Source: Chrysomallon squamiferum | Lineage: Eukaryota > Animalia > Mollusca | Length of the DNA: 64,000 nucleotides | Direction: 5' to 3' | Assembly (NCBI GenBank): GCA_012295275.1 | Contig: CM022679.1 | Location: forward strand, 6,386,001-6,450,000 | In this document: positions 12,623 through 25,659 of the stretch, in pieces | Numbering within the stretch: the first letter of the stretch is position 1 | Layout of the letters: each line of letters starts with the position of its first letter | Program-made: the position numbers and the translations under genes | The notes under the pieces: generated by a model | The model's database searches: none | Told to the model about the DNA's origin: nothing | Seen by the model: the letters and a program-made list of their open reading frames with translations, nothing else

Positions 12623-12921
12623 CTGTACCTTTGGTGAACAGTCCCCCAGAACTCAGTTTTCAAGTACGAGTTCCGTATTATCCACTCTTCAGGTGGGGGT
12701 GTCATCACTCACCAGGTGACTCACTGTGGCTGCGTTCAAGGTACAGATTCGAATTTCAAGGAATCTTGGAGGAACTGCGAGGAATAATCAAGGCTGTCTG
12801 TCCCGCTACCAAATTTGAGTGTCCCGTTCAAATATTTAAGCAGCTCCACATTCCAAAATCAAGTTTAAAAATTTTGGCGTATGGAGGGTATAGGGTACCC
12901 CCATCCCGGCTTCTCGAAACT
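12623..12921 (-). ncRNA. Candidate short Pol II structured RNA / sORF gene, copy 4
   Basis: TATATAAG at 12950 and consensus initiator TCAGTT (+1 = 12921). sORF 12904-12836 encodes MGVPYTLHTPKFLNLILECGAA*. Confidence 0.55.
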
Positions 12922-13555
12922 GACGGCTGTTGTTTGACGCAGCTTATATACTCAGCCAAACTGGGCGTCAAGGTAGCTTTGGTGTCTGAAATAACGTCGC
13001 CCAGAAGAAGTTCTGTTTTTGTCTTCGAAATATTTTCCTTTCATAATTTACTACCGCGATATTACCGTATAACATATATATGTGTATATTTGCAATATAA
13101 TTCGCTTTTCCTGTATGTAGCTTTTATCGGCCTCTGATAAGCATTTTCTTGAGAATGTTTAAAGAAAGGTCAAAATGAAGCAAAATCTTTTGTTAAATTC
13201 GTTTTAAAATACAGTTTAAAATGTATTATTCGCTTTTAACAATAATGTGTGATGGTTTGTATTTCATTAAACACTGTATAATTTTAATCTGCATCATTTT
13301 ACAGCAGAGAAATATAAAAATATATGTAAAAGCAAATAAATAAAGTACACACAGCCATTCTTATTGTATTACAATATACTTTGACGGTTGTTGTAATCAG
13401 CGTGTGACGTAAAGCTACACAAACATTCAAGACAGTTACGCTTTCTTAGTTGTTGTCAAATTAGTCCAGTTTATAATAGCTGAAAATAATATAAATTTAA
13501 TACGGAAATAGGAAAATACAATTTAATAACTTCTAAATACTGTTGTTTAAATCTA

Positions 13556-13614
<59 letters not shown>

Positions 13615-13647
13615 CATAAACTGGGAGGTATTCGGTATATTTTTTTC

Positions 13648-13684
13648 AAAACTGCGTTTTGGGGGACTGTTGACCAAAGGTACA
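13648..13684 (+). repeat. Inverted partial copy of the array core end
   Basis: aaaactgcgttttgggggactgttgaccaaaggtaca matches the reverse complement of the core's left end at 34 of 37 positions. Confidence 0.85.
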
Positions 13685-14420
13685 TAACAGTAAAAGTAAT
13701 AATAATTATTATATAATAATAGTAAACCAGTATTTATTTACGTAAACGCATGTTCAGTTGATGTAGTTAAAGTAGAAACGGGTGAGATACGTAGATAAAA
13801 ATGTATTGAATATCTTCCAAACCTGAGAGCTGAAAAAAAAAAAAAAAAAAAAAAAAAGCAAAGGATGAAAAGAACGAAAATTAAAAATTAAAAATAAATA
13901 TAAAAGTATGATTTAAAACAATTGCAGTGTACTTTACTCATACTACGAAAAACAATTTGTATGTGCAAGATATATGAACTATATGTCTATGCTCTGCACA
14001 AATTGTCGTTAAGCCTACCAAATAGATCGACCCTCTTAAAAAACCCTTATTATTATTTATATGCACTTTATTACTAGCCTGCTCTATAATTAATTATATA
14101 ACAGTTTATGCTAGTGTTCATTTTTCGTTGCAAAGTGTAGAATGTCCATTGAAAGTACTGTTAACTTATACTGATAAAAAACACTAAAAGGAATTACTGT
14201 TAATGTTGCAATAGGATATAAAACTAAAAACTATTAATTAAGTTTATAATAGTAAATACTTATTTATTTTAAACTTATATTAATTATCATAGCATTTTCT
14301 TGTGTACATATAAATATATGTAATATTATATAGGGTTTGAAGCAGGGAAATCAAGATCAGAATTTATTTTTATTTATTTATTTTATTTTATTTTATTTAT
14401 TTATTTATTATTATTATTTG

Positions 14421-14478
<58 letters not shown>

Positions 14479-14699
14479 TCACCACAGAATATACAGTATA
14501 AAACGAATTAAAAATAATACTAGCTAATATAACAAAATATAAATGTAAATTAATGTTAAAATATAGAAGTCTCAGAATCGTATGTATAAAGAAGAAAAAA
14601 ACCCAAAAGAATAACCTATAAATATGTTCTACGTATTCCTAGCAGTAAATATGTGCCATATAAATACAAAGTGTATGTTATAATAAGAGTACATGATGA

Positions 14700-15215
14700 A
14701 AAATAAATAAAATCTTTCCATATTTTTGCATTTTCTATCCATAAATAGTTATGACATTATTTACATTTTATACAACAAATGTTGCCAAAATATTCCATTT
14801 TTCTTCAACTATAATTGTTCCGTTATTTATATTACATTTTTGAATCCTATTAAAGTTAGTTATTGGTGTTTGCATTTTGATTTATATATGTATTGCTTGG
14901 CAAATAACAATATTAAATTTTTTTAAATATTTTTTTTTTTCAGAAAAATTTGGGTAGCCTAAAATTATTATTCGTGCACTTATTTTTAATTTTCACTTTG
15001 GTTCTGAAAAGTGGACAGTTTGTAACAGTGTTCCAAAATGTCTGAACATGTTTACATAACCAAAAAATGTACATTAAATGTTCACTAGACATTTGACAAA
15101 AGTCACATTTGTCGGAATCTCTTACACCATATAGCACCAAATACTTATTTGTTGTTAAAATAAATAACAAGATCTTGTACTGAAAATATCTAAACACTGT
15201 GTTTGTAATTAGCTT
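14700..15215 (-). mobile_element. Degenerate 3' fragment of a non-LTR retrotransposon (L1/Tx1-like, zf-RVT region)
   Basis: ORF 14940-15197 contains FQYKIL...CDFC...EHLMYIFWLCKHVQTFW, typical of the Cys-rich zf-RVT domain after RT. It continues out of frame as ILLFAKQYIYKSK. Frameshifted and truncated. Boundaries approximate. Confidence 0.7.
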
Positions 15216-15242
15216 TAACGGATATTATTTATTTATTATTGC

Positions 15243-15317
<75 letters not shown>

Positions 15318-15553
15318 TATTATTATTATTATGATTATTATTATTATTTTGTTGTTGTATGTTGTTTATTGCTTTTGATATTTTTGCAATAATACAGTAA
15401 TATATTTTACTATATTAATTAACATTAATCACTTGTTTTCTTGTGAGTTTTTTTATTAGTGGAGTTCAAAATAAATAAATTAAAATGAGAAACTAAAGGA
15501 AACGAAAGTTGTTGTCCTGAAAACATCTTTTATGATCGGAAATTAAATTCAAG

Positions 15554-16036
15554 ATGGCGGCCTCCATAATGTGGAAATGTTTTGCTGTATTTATCAGTCT
15601 AACAGGTAGGATTCGGGCCTCTATATTAGGAAATATAATGTTGTTCTTTCTATGAACTAATATAATTTTGCAATGTCTTTCCTATTATTTTAATTATAAT
15701 AAACTTTAAGGTCAAATTAGTAAGTTATTGAAAACAAATTAGTAAGTTATTGCCAAAAAAACCTACATTCGGGATGACTATTGACTATGTATGTCACTAT
15801 AAAATCGTGCTATCTTCACTCGAATTCTTTCGGATAAATTTATAATTTTATGAACATGTCAGTAATTAGTCCGTATCAGAAAACAGATAATTAAATTGAA
15901 AAAAGTTCACAAAAATACTATAGTTTTAAGTTTAGCAAATTAAGATCCATCAGTATTATTTACCCCTCGACAGCAGAGGTTTCAATACTTTTAGTTTTAC
16001 AGAATATTTTTCTACGATTTGTTGCATAGCTTCCGT

Positions 16037-16087
<51 letters not shown>

Positions 16088-19000
16088 TCATACAAAACTA
16101 TCTAAAATCACTGTTGTAAAAAAGGGACAAAAAAACAATAAAACCAAAAAAAATAAGAAAAAACATTTGGTGACAGGTAGATTAGAAGAAAAAGATGGTT
16201 GTATTTGTAAGTTTAATATACAAAGGCAAGCTTATACAGTCTTGAATTAAACGTCTTTGCCAAGTATTCTGTGAAACCATTTCTGTCATAAATTTCAAGA
16301 TCAACTAACTATATTTTTATGCTCATTGTAATACAGAAAATGTATATGATTGTTGTGTATCACTGAGTGGCTTATTCAGTAACACTGTGACATAGCTAAC
16401 TTTACTGCCATTTATAATTTCATCCAACCATACAACAATGCTGATGCAACATTTTAATGCAAGAAAGTTAAGTTTTACTCATCATGAGATTGTCTTCACA
16501 TTAAACTTACATAAAGGCCTAGTTCATGAAGTATTGAACTTATCCTCCTACAGATATTCTTGGCATATCTGTGTATACTCTGCATAAGCAAGTTGAAAAC
16601 AGATCACTAAATGTTTTCTTTTGATTTATTTATTTTTATATTTACCGTATATACTTGTGTACAAGGGGACCTTATGTATAAGTCAATGTGTATCTTAAGA
16701 CCAAAAATTGCGTCATTTTAGGTATTACTTGTGTGTAAGTCGACTGTAGATTCCAGGCACCGTCACTATTTTTAGACCAGTGTGACAGTGCCATGAAGGC
16801 CTACATTGTACGCCTACTGTAACATAACTTGCATGAACATACCATTATAACGTAAATGCATGTATTACACGAGCTATAGCCTAAATCATTGCAAGACGCC
16901 GTAAGGCATAACGCCGTACTGACGGTTTTCTCACTTTAAGATGTATTTTTATGTCATTAAACGGAAGAATATCATGTTTTACATTCATATTTGGTTTTGT
17001 TATTTAATTTTTCAAAACTTTTTATATGATAAAATTATATTTTTGAAAAGCTGAAAGACCGCGATTATTTTAGATGCATCCCGTAGCAAAAAATAGTCAA
17101 AATGGCGACTCTTCAGCAACAGCTTCAAAAGCATTACCTATGTATAAGTCGACCCCCAAAATATTACCTTAATATAGTCTCCCAAAAATTCGACTTATAC
17201 ACAAGTATATACGGTATTTTTGTTATTACTGAAAAACTGCACCTATCTCTTCCAATGAAATTACGTCCATTTAGCATCAAATACAGCTCAGTAGGATTAA
17301 AAAGAAGGTAAGATTTTCTTTAAAAATTCAGTTTTCCATCTAGGGTTGAGTTTATTCAAAACTGATTTTATTTTTGTATAATCAAGTAATTTAATGACAA
17401 ACTAGCATTTTTGAGTGATGCCCCAGTGTTTTTTACATGTAGATAATAAACTTCAGTAGAAATGTAGTTCTGTTAATTAGGTAAAATAATGATCTATGAA
17501 AATTATAAATGTGACATTCATCTGTCAAGGAAAATTGTTTTATGAACTTGGATTATGCAACTGTTTGCCATTTTAATGGCACATTGCAAAGTATAACAGC
17601 TGACCTAAACTGATGACACCACTGAAAAAAATTAATTGAAAGACAGTTACTGGCAGTTTATCTTGATAAATATCATGGAGAACAGTCTGAAATGACATGC
17701 AGTAATTAAAATCTAATAACATTTTTCCATATCAGACTAAAGTAGGCCCTGAAAGCTTTGAAAAAGTTCATTAAAATGTAAATTAAATAAAGTACATATT
17801 TCAATTATTTGGATAAAAAGAGTTATTGATATTCTGTAGCAGATATGTTCATATTATCATATAAATATGCATATCTTTTTTTTTTTTCATTTTTCCACAT
17901 GGAATTGTTGAAAAGATCTTTCTTCTTCTTTTTTGTTCTTTTATGAAATAACTGATCAAGGTTCAGGGTTAATGCTTGTATTTGCAGTGTGTAGCAGCCG
18001 CGTTTGGTTAATATCATTGATTCTGACTTGTTCAAATCTGCAGTACTGCTCTGTAATAACAAGATTCTCATATATAATTCTGTGGGAACAGTATCTAGGT
18101 TAGTTTAAAATATCCAATATTAAATAATACTTTTTATTAATGAGTATCATTGTTGACATCTGGAGGATAATTTTATATTAGATTTAGTAGCATTGTTAAG
18201 TACCTGTATGCAGTGGTGTGTATATCATTATTTGATCTCTGGCTAGACCAAAGTCCAAGTACTCTTGTCAAAATAGACACTAAATTACATCGTACATGAC
18301 ATCTTATCTGAAAGGTAATCAAGAAAAATTTGAAGAATGTAACATCTCAATTACCAAGTGTTTGAAAATATAAAATCAATAGCATGGACTTCATTAAGCT
18401 TGTTACTAAAAATTGCAGTAACTATTAAGCTGTTTAAAAATAGACGTAACTCTCAATTTTTACTGTCATTACAATCACATAACAAGTTAGACCATTGTTC
18501 AGTTTATAATTTTAAGTGGTCAAAATCAAATATTTTTGTCTAAGAGTAATTAAAATTGAATATTTAAAGCAGATTAGAATTGCAACATGATACCTTTCAA
18601 CCTTCAGTTTCAGTAATAATGTTACCCAAACTTTTTATGCTTTCTGTTGTAATCAGTTTATTGATAGAAAGGCTGCAGAAAGTTAGGCTGGCAGCATAAA
18701 CAGAGGCATGCAGTACATGGCTTTTATTAAACATAATTAGTAATCACCATGATAATCTCTGTAAATAAACCAGTGAATTTTAATTTGATTGTGCAGTAGA
18801 TAAATACATCAGAATTTATCAGAGAATGTCAAAATCCTTTCATTATTGTTTTGTGTATGTATGCTATAAACATATTATTACTAAATTAAATGATTATGGT
18901 AAATTAATATATATATTTTTTTATTTATTAATTTAAAAAAACAACAACAAATAAATAAAAAAAATCTTTGTAAATAAAATAAAACGTGGAATGGTTGGAA

Positions 19001-21323
19001 AAGTTATATGATTTATCATTGTATGATGTGCTGTAATCTTATTTAATTAAAAAAGAGAAGGAAGATCACAGAATGCTTTCATATTGAAAGAATAAAATAA
19101 CTGACTTATATGAATATAAGATGATTTTAGATTAGATGTTGCTTGTTTGCACTAATTAATCACATGGTTTTCAGTCAAGTAGAATTTTCAGATAAGAATA
19201 TATTAATTATGAATTATTTTTACATGGAAAATTATAATAGTACAAAATTGATTTATTAAAATAAAAATAAAAAACCCAACAAAACAACAACAACATATAT
19301 AACACAAAAAGAATAGCTCACCAGTTTTAAAAAGAAAGCTTAAAATAAGGGGTAAAATTCTATATAACATTTTAAATCGGATAATTTTACTGACACCAAT
19401 TTTATCTGTTTCTAGATCAAGTCATGAACTACAGTGATGTGATGATTAATGTTGACATTGCAGTACTGTCAAGTGAAAGAGGATGTCAGCACCAGTTCAT
19501 TTTATTTTTATATGTACTTGATTAATCACATTATCAACATGGGGAATTCTCTCATAAATATGTATTTTATTATGAGTCATCTTCACAGTGAAAACATACA
19601 TTCAGATATCTTTTACTAATAAACATTTACCAAGAGCACAGAGAAAAGAATGATTTGAATAAACTGTATATCATATTGTTGTTCTGAAACCACAATTTAA
19701 ATAAATGATTAAATGGTGGTTGTGTTGTATTGGAATCATGTGCCCATTTACTGTTAAAATATATATGACAATCTGTTAAGAAAGTTGCAAATCAGTCTTT
19801 TAGACATATCATTGTAACACTGTAATATAGTTTTATTGCAGAGGTCTTTAATCCAAAGAGGGCATCAACTGAATCATGCCAAATAAAGATTATACATCCA
19901 TACATTTGATCAAAACAAAGTAAAATGTCTGTCTTCATCTTAATAAATCCAGATTGCCTATCACTGACTAACTATAAACACATTTTATGATGTTCAAAAA
20001 ATTCATACTCTTTGTACATTTCGCAAGCAGAAAGCTAAGATTTTGTTTGATATTAATAGCTAAATTTTGGTTCTTTTATTTCTTTCCAGTGTTAACAGCA
20101 CCATTCGCTAGAATATTATGTCAAGAAGCAGTTCTTAATAATTTGCAGTCAGAAAAGGCTGATGTTGAACAAGATGAAATTATATCAGTCACTGAATCAG
20201 AACAACCAATGGCAGCAGAGAACATTGAACCAGATATTAGAGAAGACAACAGTGCTGACCAATCAAAAACATTGTCTGAAACTGTTGTTGAAACTACACT
20301 CAGGGACCAGAAAGTTGAAGGAAAAAATGATAATAAAGAAAGTAAATTTTTTTCACTGACAAATTTTGTCAAAAGCTTCTTGAATCCTTTCATACATGAA
20401 TTCCAGGAAGATCTTCTGTTAGAAAAAGACAGAAATGAAACAGACAGTCATCTTCACCCACAGAATATTTTATCAATGGTGTCACCAGGGAACTCAAGCA
20501 CTGAAAATGGTGAAAACAAAGCTGGGTTAAAGAATGGAACAGAAGGTGGCAAAAAATATAAATTTCAGTGCCTAGGTAAAAATGTGACTGAAAATACTAC
20601 AAGCCAGCCCCCTGTGGTTGAAATTGTCAATGGCACTGTGTTGATAGAGATGTTGAGTTTTAATAAGAACTACACAGTTTCAGACTGTGTGCTGGTTTTA
20701 TTTTATGCCCCCTGGTGTCATTTTTGTGCTAAAACTGCTCCTCACTATAATGCTATGGCCCGGGCTTATCCACAGTTAGAAGTACTAGCGGTGGATGTTG
20801 CACAGTTCAGCAAGTAAGCCAAAAAGTTTTCTTTCATCAGTCAGATATGTTGTACCCTTTTGGCAGGACTGATGCCCAACAATAATTGTATCACAATCAA
20901 AATATTGTTTGTATATCATACTAAGTAAATGATAAGAAAAACATGAACAAAAAGGTTCCTTATAAAAATAGGTGTTATTGTTGAAATAAGTTTAATGGCT
21001 ATGTTTGACAGTGAAATAATGTTATTTTTCAATAAATAAAGCTTTTTCTTGATAATCAGTTATTGAAACTTTTTTTTTTTTTTTTTTGTTATATTTTTTC
21101 TTTACATTATTTTCTTCTATTTTTTTAACTTGTAGATATAAATATTAACATCTGAAAGGATTTTAGTTACAGCATATTTTTTATTATTATTATTCTTTTC
21201 ATGATGCTAATAATTATTATAAATATAATAATCAGTACACCTGGTACATTTAGGAACTTGTTATTTGTGTTCCACTGACTTATAAATGTAATGTTTAGCA
21301 TTAATTTTCCATTCCATAATAAT

Positions 21324-21368
<45 letters not shown>

Positions 21369-22131
21369 CATTATTAATATTATTATTAAACATTACTTCA
21401 GCTCTTAGTTTCCAGTCTTTTTTTTTTTTTTCCACCACTAGAAATTAATGTTAATAGAAAATGGTGATAAAGACAAATAATTTACATTTTTGTTTCAGTT
21501 TAAATGCCAGATTTGGAACTGTTGCTGTGCCTAACATAATGTTGTTTCACATTTCTAAATCTGCAGTCAGATTTAACCACTCTGAGCGCAACTTCAACAC
21601 TTTTGTACAATTTATGAAAAATGTCACAGGTAAGGTGAAATTTTGAAAAATGTTTTGTCCCTAAAATATATTTTATCAGTGTGTTAATTAATAATTTAAT
21701 GTTATCACTCAGAATGAAAAAAAAAAAGAAAAGAATGAAGAATAGAACACAAAGTGTCTGGTACTCCCCAAAACTGAAATCTAAAACAATTTTCATATTA
21801 TGTTTATTTTAACACTGCTGCTACTAATAATAATGACAATGATGATGAAATACATGTTGTTACACTATTTTCAGATTTATAATAATGACAATGATTACAT
21901 TTTGTTAAAATATTTTCAGGTTTAGAAGCTAACAGTACTGTGAATGTTACAGAAAGTGATTACATAGGCCCTGTGCCAAGTATACCTACAAAAGATACAG
22001 ACTATCTGTTGTGGCTGGCCTGGGTGTTTGTCATAGCGTGCAGTGGCTGGATGTTTGTACACAGTCACTATGGACAGCAGTCCATAAACAGAGTCCGTGT
22101 CTTGTGGCAGGAACATCAGCATATAGAGTGA
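15554..22131 (+). CDS. TXNDC15: Thioredoxin domain-containing protein 15 (4 coding exons)
   Basis: Exons 15554-15605, 20090-20813, 21499-21629 and 21920-22131 join in frame with GT-AG sites. Signal peptide, acidic linker, Trx fold (VLFYAPWCHFC...LNARFGTVAVPNIMLFH) and C-terminal TM helix (DYLLWLAWVFVIAC). A YY1-like AAGATGGCGGC overlaps the start. Confidence 0.88.
16645..17214. mobile_element. Non-autonomous Tc1/mariner-superfamily (Tc2-like) MITE, 570 bp, in TXNDC15 intron 1
   Basis: TIRs CCGTATATACTTGTGTA / TACACAAGTATATACGG flanked by TA at both ends; internal repeated TGTATAAGTC motifs; no transposase ORF. Confidence 0.88.
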
Positions 22132-22759
22132 TTGTACAGTGATGACTTCTGTTAATCTGTTCAAATCATGTGATAAATAGGCTTAATATTTATTTAATGA
22201 TAAAAAGTGAAAATTTAAAATGCTTCATAAATCATTAAGTGAAAATTTATTTCTTATTTTGTTTGAAAATGGAAAAAGAAATTATCATCATTTTCCCATG
22301 TACTACTATTATTTTTATTTTTTATTTTTAATGGTTTCTCAACTAAATAACAACATCTGTGTAAAAAATAAAAAAATAAAAATAAAAATCCTTTATTTAA
22401 AAACACCTGCAACTAAATTTAATCAATTTATTAATAACATCAAAATTCATTTAACTTCTCAGTACATCACATTATTGATTCTATAATTTGTTATTCATAA
22501 CAAAAGTTGGACATGTTTTCATTACAGGTAACTAGTTATCAATACACACATAATCACATCTGGTTTTATACCTTTGTAATGACTCAGCTCAGTAAACTTA
22601 TTACTTCCAGTCTTTCAGAAAATATTGACAAATTATAAACCATTTTCTTTATGCCATTAATGTATTCACTTTATGATCAGGCCTGAATTTTATGCTTGTT
22701 TAAAATATGTTTTTACATGTTGTGTAATTAAACTTTTGATATATAATATTAATGTGATG

Positions 22760-22850
22760 TTTTGATGTGTTGTATAAATTATATTTTGTTGTGTTGTATA
22801 AATGAAGTTTTGGTGTGTTGTGTAAATGCAATTTCAACATCTTGTATAAA
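22760..22850. repeat. Short degenerate ~25-bp tandem repeat downstream of the TXNDC15 stop
   Basis: Three to four copies of gtgttgtataaat-like units. Confidence 0.55.
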
Positions 22851-25659
22851 AGCTGTTTTAAAGTGTTTATTTTTTGAGTGCTGTTAATTCACTGTATTTC
22901 AGATTTGTGAGCATTTACTGATGGACTCTAGAAGTTTGGAAATAAAGCTCATTCCAGTCACCTCTATATATAATCTCTGGTTGTGATATTTATTGTTGTC
23001 AGAAAATCATTTCAGACTACTTTAGTACAGGGTACCTCTTTTTAAATATCAGAAATTTTCAAACCCAGATTCCAGTTAAATTCAGTGTTTACAAATGGAG
23101 GTGTATCGGTACAATAATCAGTATTTAAATCTGTAGCTAGAATTGTTCAGTTTGTGTAAAAATGTACATACACAAATACATCGGTTTAAATTCTGTTTGA
23201 ATTCAGTGTACTCAGAACATTGTCATACTTAAAAATTAGAATCACCAATAAAAAATAAATAAATAAATATTGTAAATGATATCTTTTGACTTGAATTATT
23301 TAATTATAGAAATATTTCAAAAGATGGGCTTGCAATGTATAAATCAAAATCAGTAAAACAAAAACAATTAAAATATTTAAAGTTCTTGTGGCATTATGAA
23401 TAAAAAGTCTAATAAAATTCCTTATTCTTCCAAGTTGTTTCTTTGTTGGTTGTCCTTTCATCGTCATAACAATGTACGACAATAAACTAACAGTGTTACA
23501 AACCATTTGAATACTGCCTTTTTTATCTCTTCATGGCTGGATTTGTATTGCTGTGTTTGAAACTAGGTGATGGGTAGCTAAATTTTTTCTGGCAGCATTA
23601 GAAGAAATTAAAATAAATTGTCCACCATTTACACTGACAAAACAAAAAAAGAAAAAAATAAAGTGAAAAATAGCTGTGTCCAGTTTTTTTTAAACTACTC
23701 TTTTAATGTTATATTTGAAAAATATTTGAAAAAAAACCAAACAAATCCAGTAAAACAATTTGAATGTGTGCAGAATAGATTGTTCTTTTTTATTTCATCT
23801 TTTTGTTTTTTGTATCACTAAAGGTACACTTTAAATATCTTTTATTGTAGCAAGGTGTGTACAATATTTCTCTGACAAAAGACTTACATTTTAAAACTAC
23901 ATTTTTAATTAGCAAAATATGTTTTGGCATGTTTGTGTATTTATAAGTAATAGGTATTTTCACATGATCATCCAAAACATTTATTTAATAATAATAATAA
24001 TATATTACTGTTGTTATTTTGACTGCCATAATAAAAAATAAAAATTATAACAGTGTATTAATGTAAAAAAGTGAATATATAAATTGGTTTAGGGCTTAAA
24101 ATAATGTACACATCAAATCTTTGTGAATGTTTTCTTTTTTTCTGTTTATTAATTAATTTTACTGGTATTGTTATTTTTTATTGAATATTTACAAAATAAA
24201 TCTTAAAATAAATGCAGCATATTATGCAATAATTTCCATGTAAAGTGTTATCTTTTACTCTAGTTTTCTCTTCTTTTTTTGTAATGCTAGTTAATTATAA
24301 TGAAATATAATGTAAAAAAAAAAAAAAAATTAAAATATCAATGTTCTGTTGAGGTTAGATTTAATAATAGTAATAGTTATTGATATTTATTCAGTGCCTG
24401 TATATATTAAACTGCATTTCTTTTTAATAAGTCATTAATAGTTAATTTTAGAAACTTGGTGCTCTTTTTATTATTATTATTATTATTATTATTTTTGTTG
24501 GTGTTGTTGTTAATTTTGTTTTCTTTATATACATAAATTATAAATTAACATATTTGAATGATAAAATAATGATGCCAACACCAACATGGCTTAATTTAGT
24601 AACAGCTTTATTTTTATGTTCTTGTATTTAGTTTTTGCTTGCATCAACAAATTAAATCTTATTTTCACTATTTAATAAAATTGTTTTTTGAAAATTTTAG
24701 TTGGCTTGTACACTCATATATATCTACATATGTACCGAATATAATTAACAAACTTTTGTCACGACATTAGTGCTGTACAGTAATTTTCTACAGCCAGTGT
24801 TCTGATATATTCTACCGCCACATTTTTACTGCAGTATTCATCAGAACGTTTTGACAGGGGACATAACCCGTGGCATCAAAATATTTTGTATTTATTTCCC
24901 TTGGAATGTGGCTTCATTTCATTCCTGTTCACAAATAAAAGACTTAATAATCCATTTACGGACATAGAAATTTAAACAACACGTTGTTTATGCCGTCGAC
25001 TCTCTTCGTGCGAAGGAATTATGATATTATTTCATCGTCCAAATCTGGAAGTTATCTTAATGTCTTTCCATATTTTAAATTGTCGACTGCAAATTTTTAG
25101 TCCAGCTTCTAAATATTTGTTTTATATGTCATGTTTATGAAAAAAAATTAATAATAATAATAATTTAAAAAAAGTATAGTATTAACATAATAATAATAAA
25201 TAGATAAATTCGAACGAACCTGAAATTTTATAGCTGAAAGCTTTCGATAAGCTTTAATTAAAAAAAAAAAAAAAAAAAAAAAATTGAAATTGAAAGAAAA
25301 AGAAAAAAAAACATCAATTTTGCGTGTAATTTCCTGAAGCTGACATATTTTAAAAGAAACCAATAAATCTGTAATAAACAAAAGTCTTAAATTTCACTCA
25401 GTCTGAAAAATAAAATAACTGTTTATTTATTTATTTTTGCAAATTATATGTAACGTAATGGTCTTTTATAACTTTTAATGTTCACAAAAGCATCAAATAT
25501 TTTATGTCATTTTGTGAATTTGCAGGCTTAAAACATTAGTTTTATGTCATTTTAATTACTAAAGCTCCTGTACTAAATGAGAATACGGGTGTACAACACC
25601 TTAACACTGTAAGTGCACAGCACTAATGCAAAACAAACGAGAGGTGAATATTACAAAAA

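Larger units (their letters stand above)
7132..13450. repeat. Tandem segmental array of four units (cores start 7132, 8727, 10259, 12623)
   Basis: Direct repeats visible by eye; core-to-core spacing is 1595, 1532 and 2364 bp. AT-rich spacers beginning ctttcaccaaataa (near 7990, 9583, 11903) are also duplicated. Copy 4 diverges outside the core. Confidence 0.95.

Noticed and set aside
19435-19500. Box C (GTGATGA) in TXNDC15 intron 1 as a C/D snoRNA
   Set aside because: No box D (CTGA) at a suitable distance and no terminal stem.
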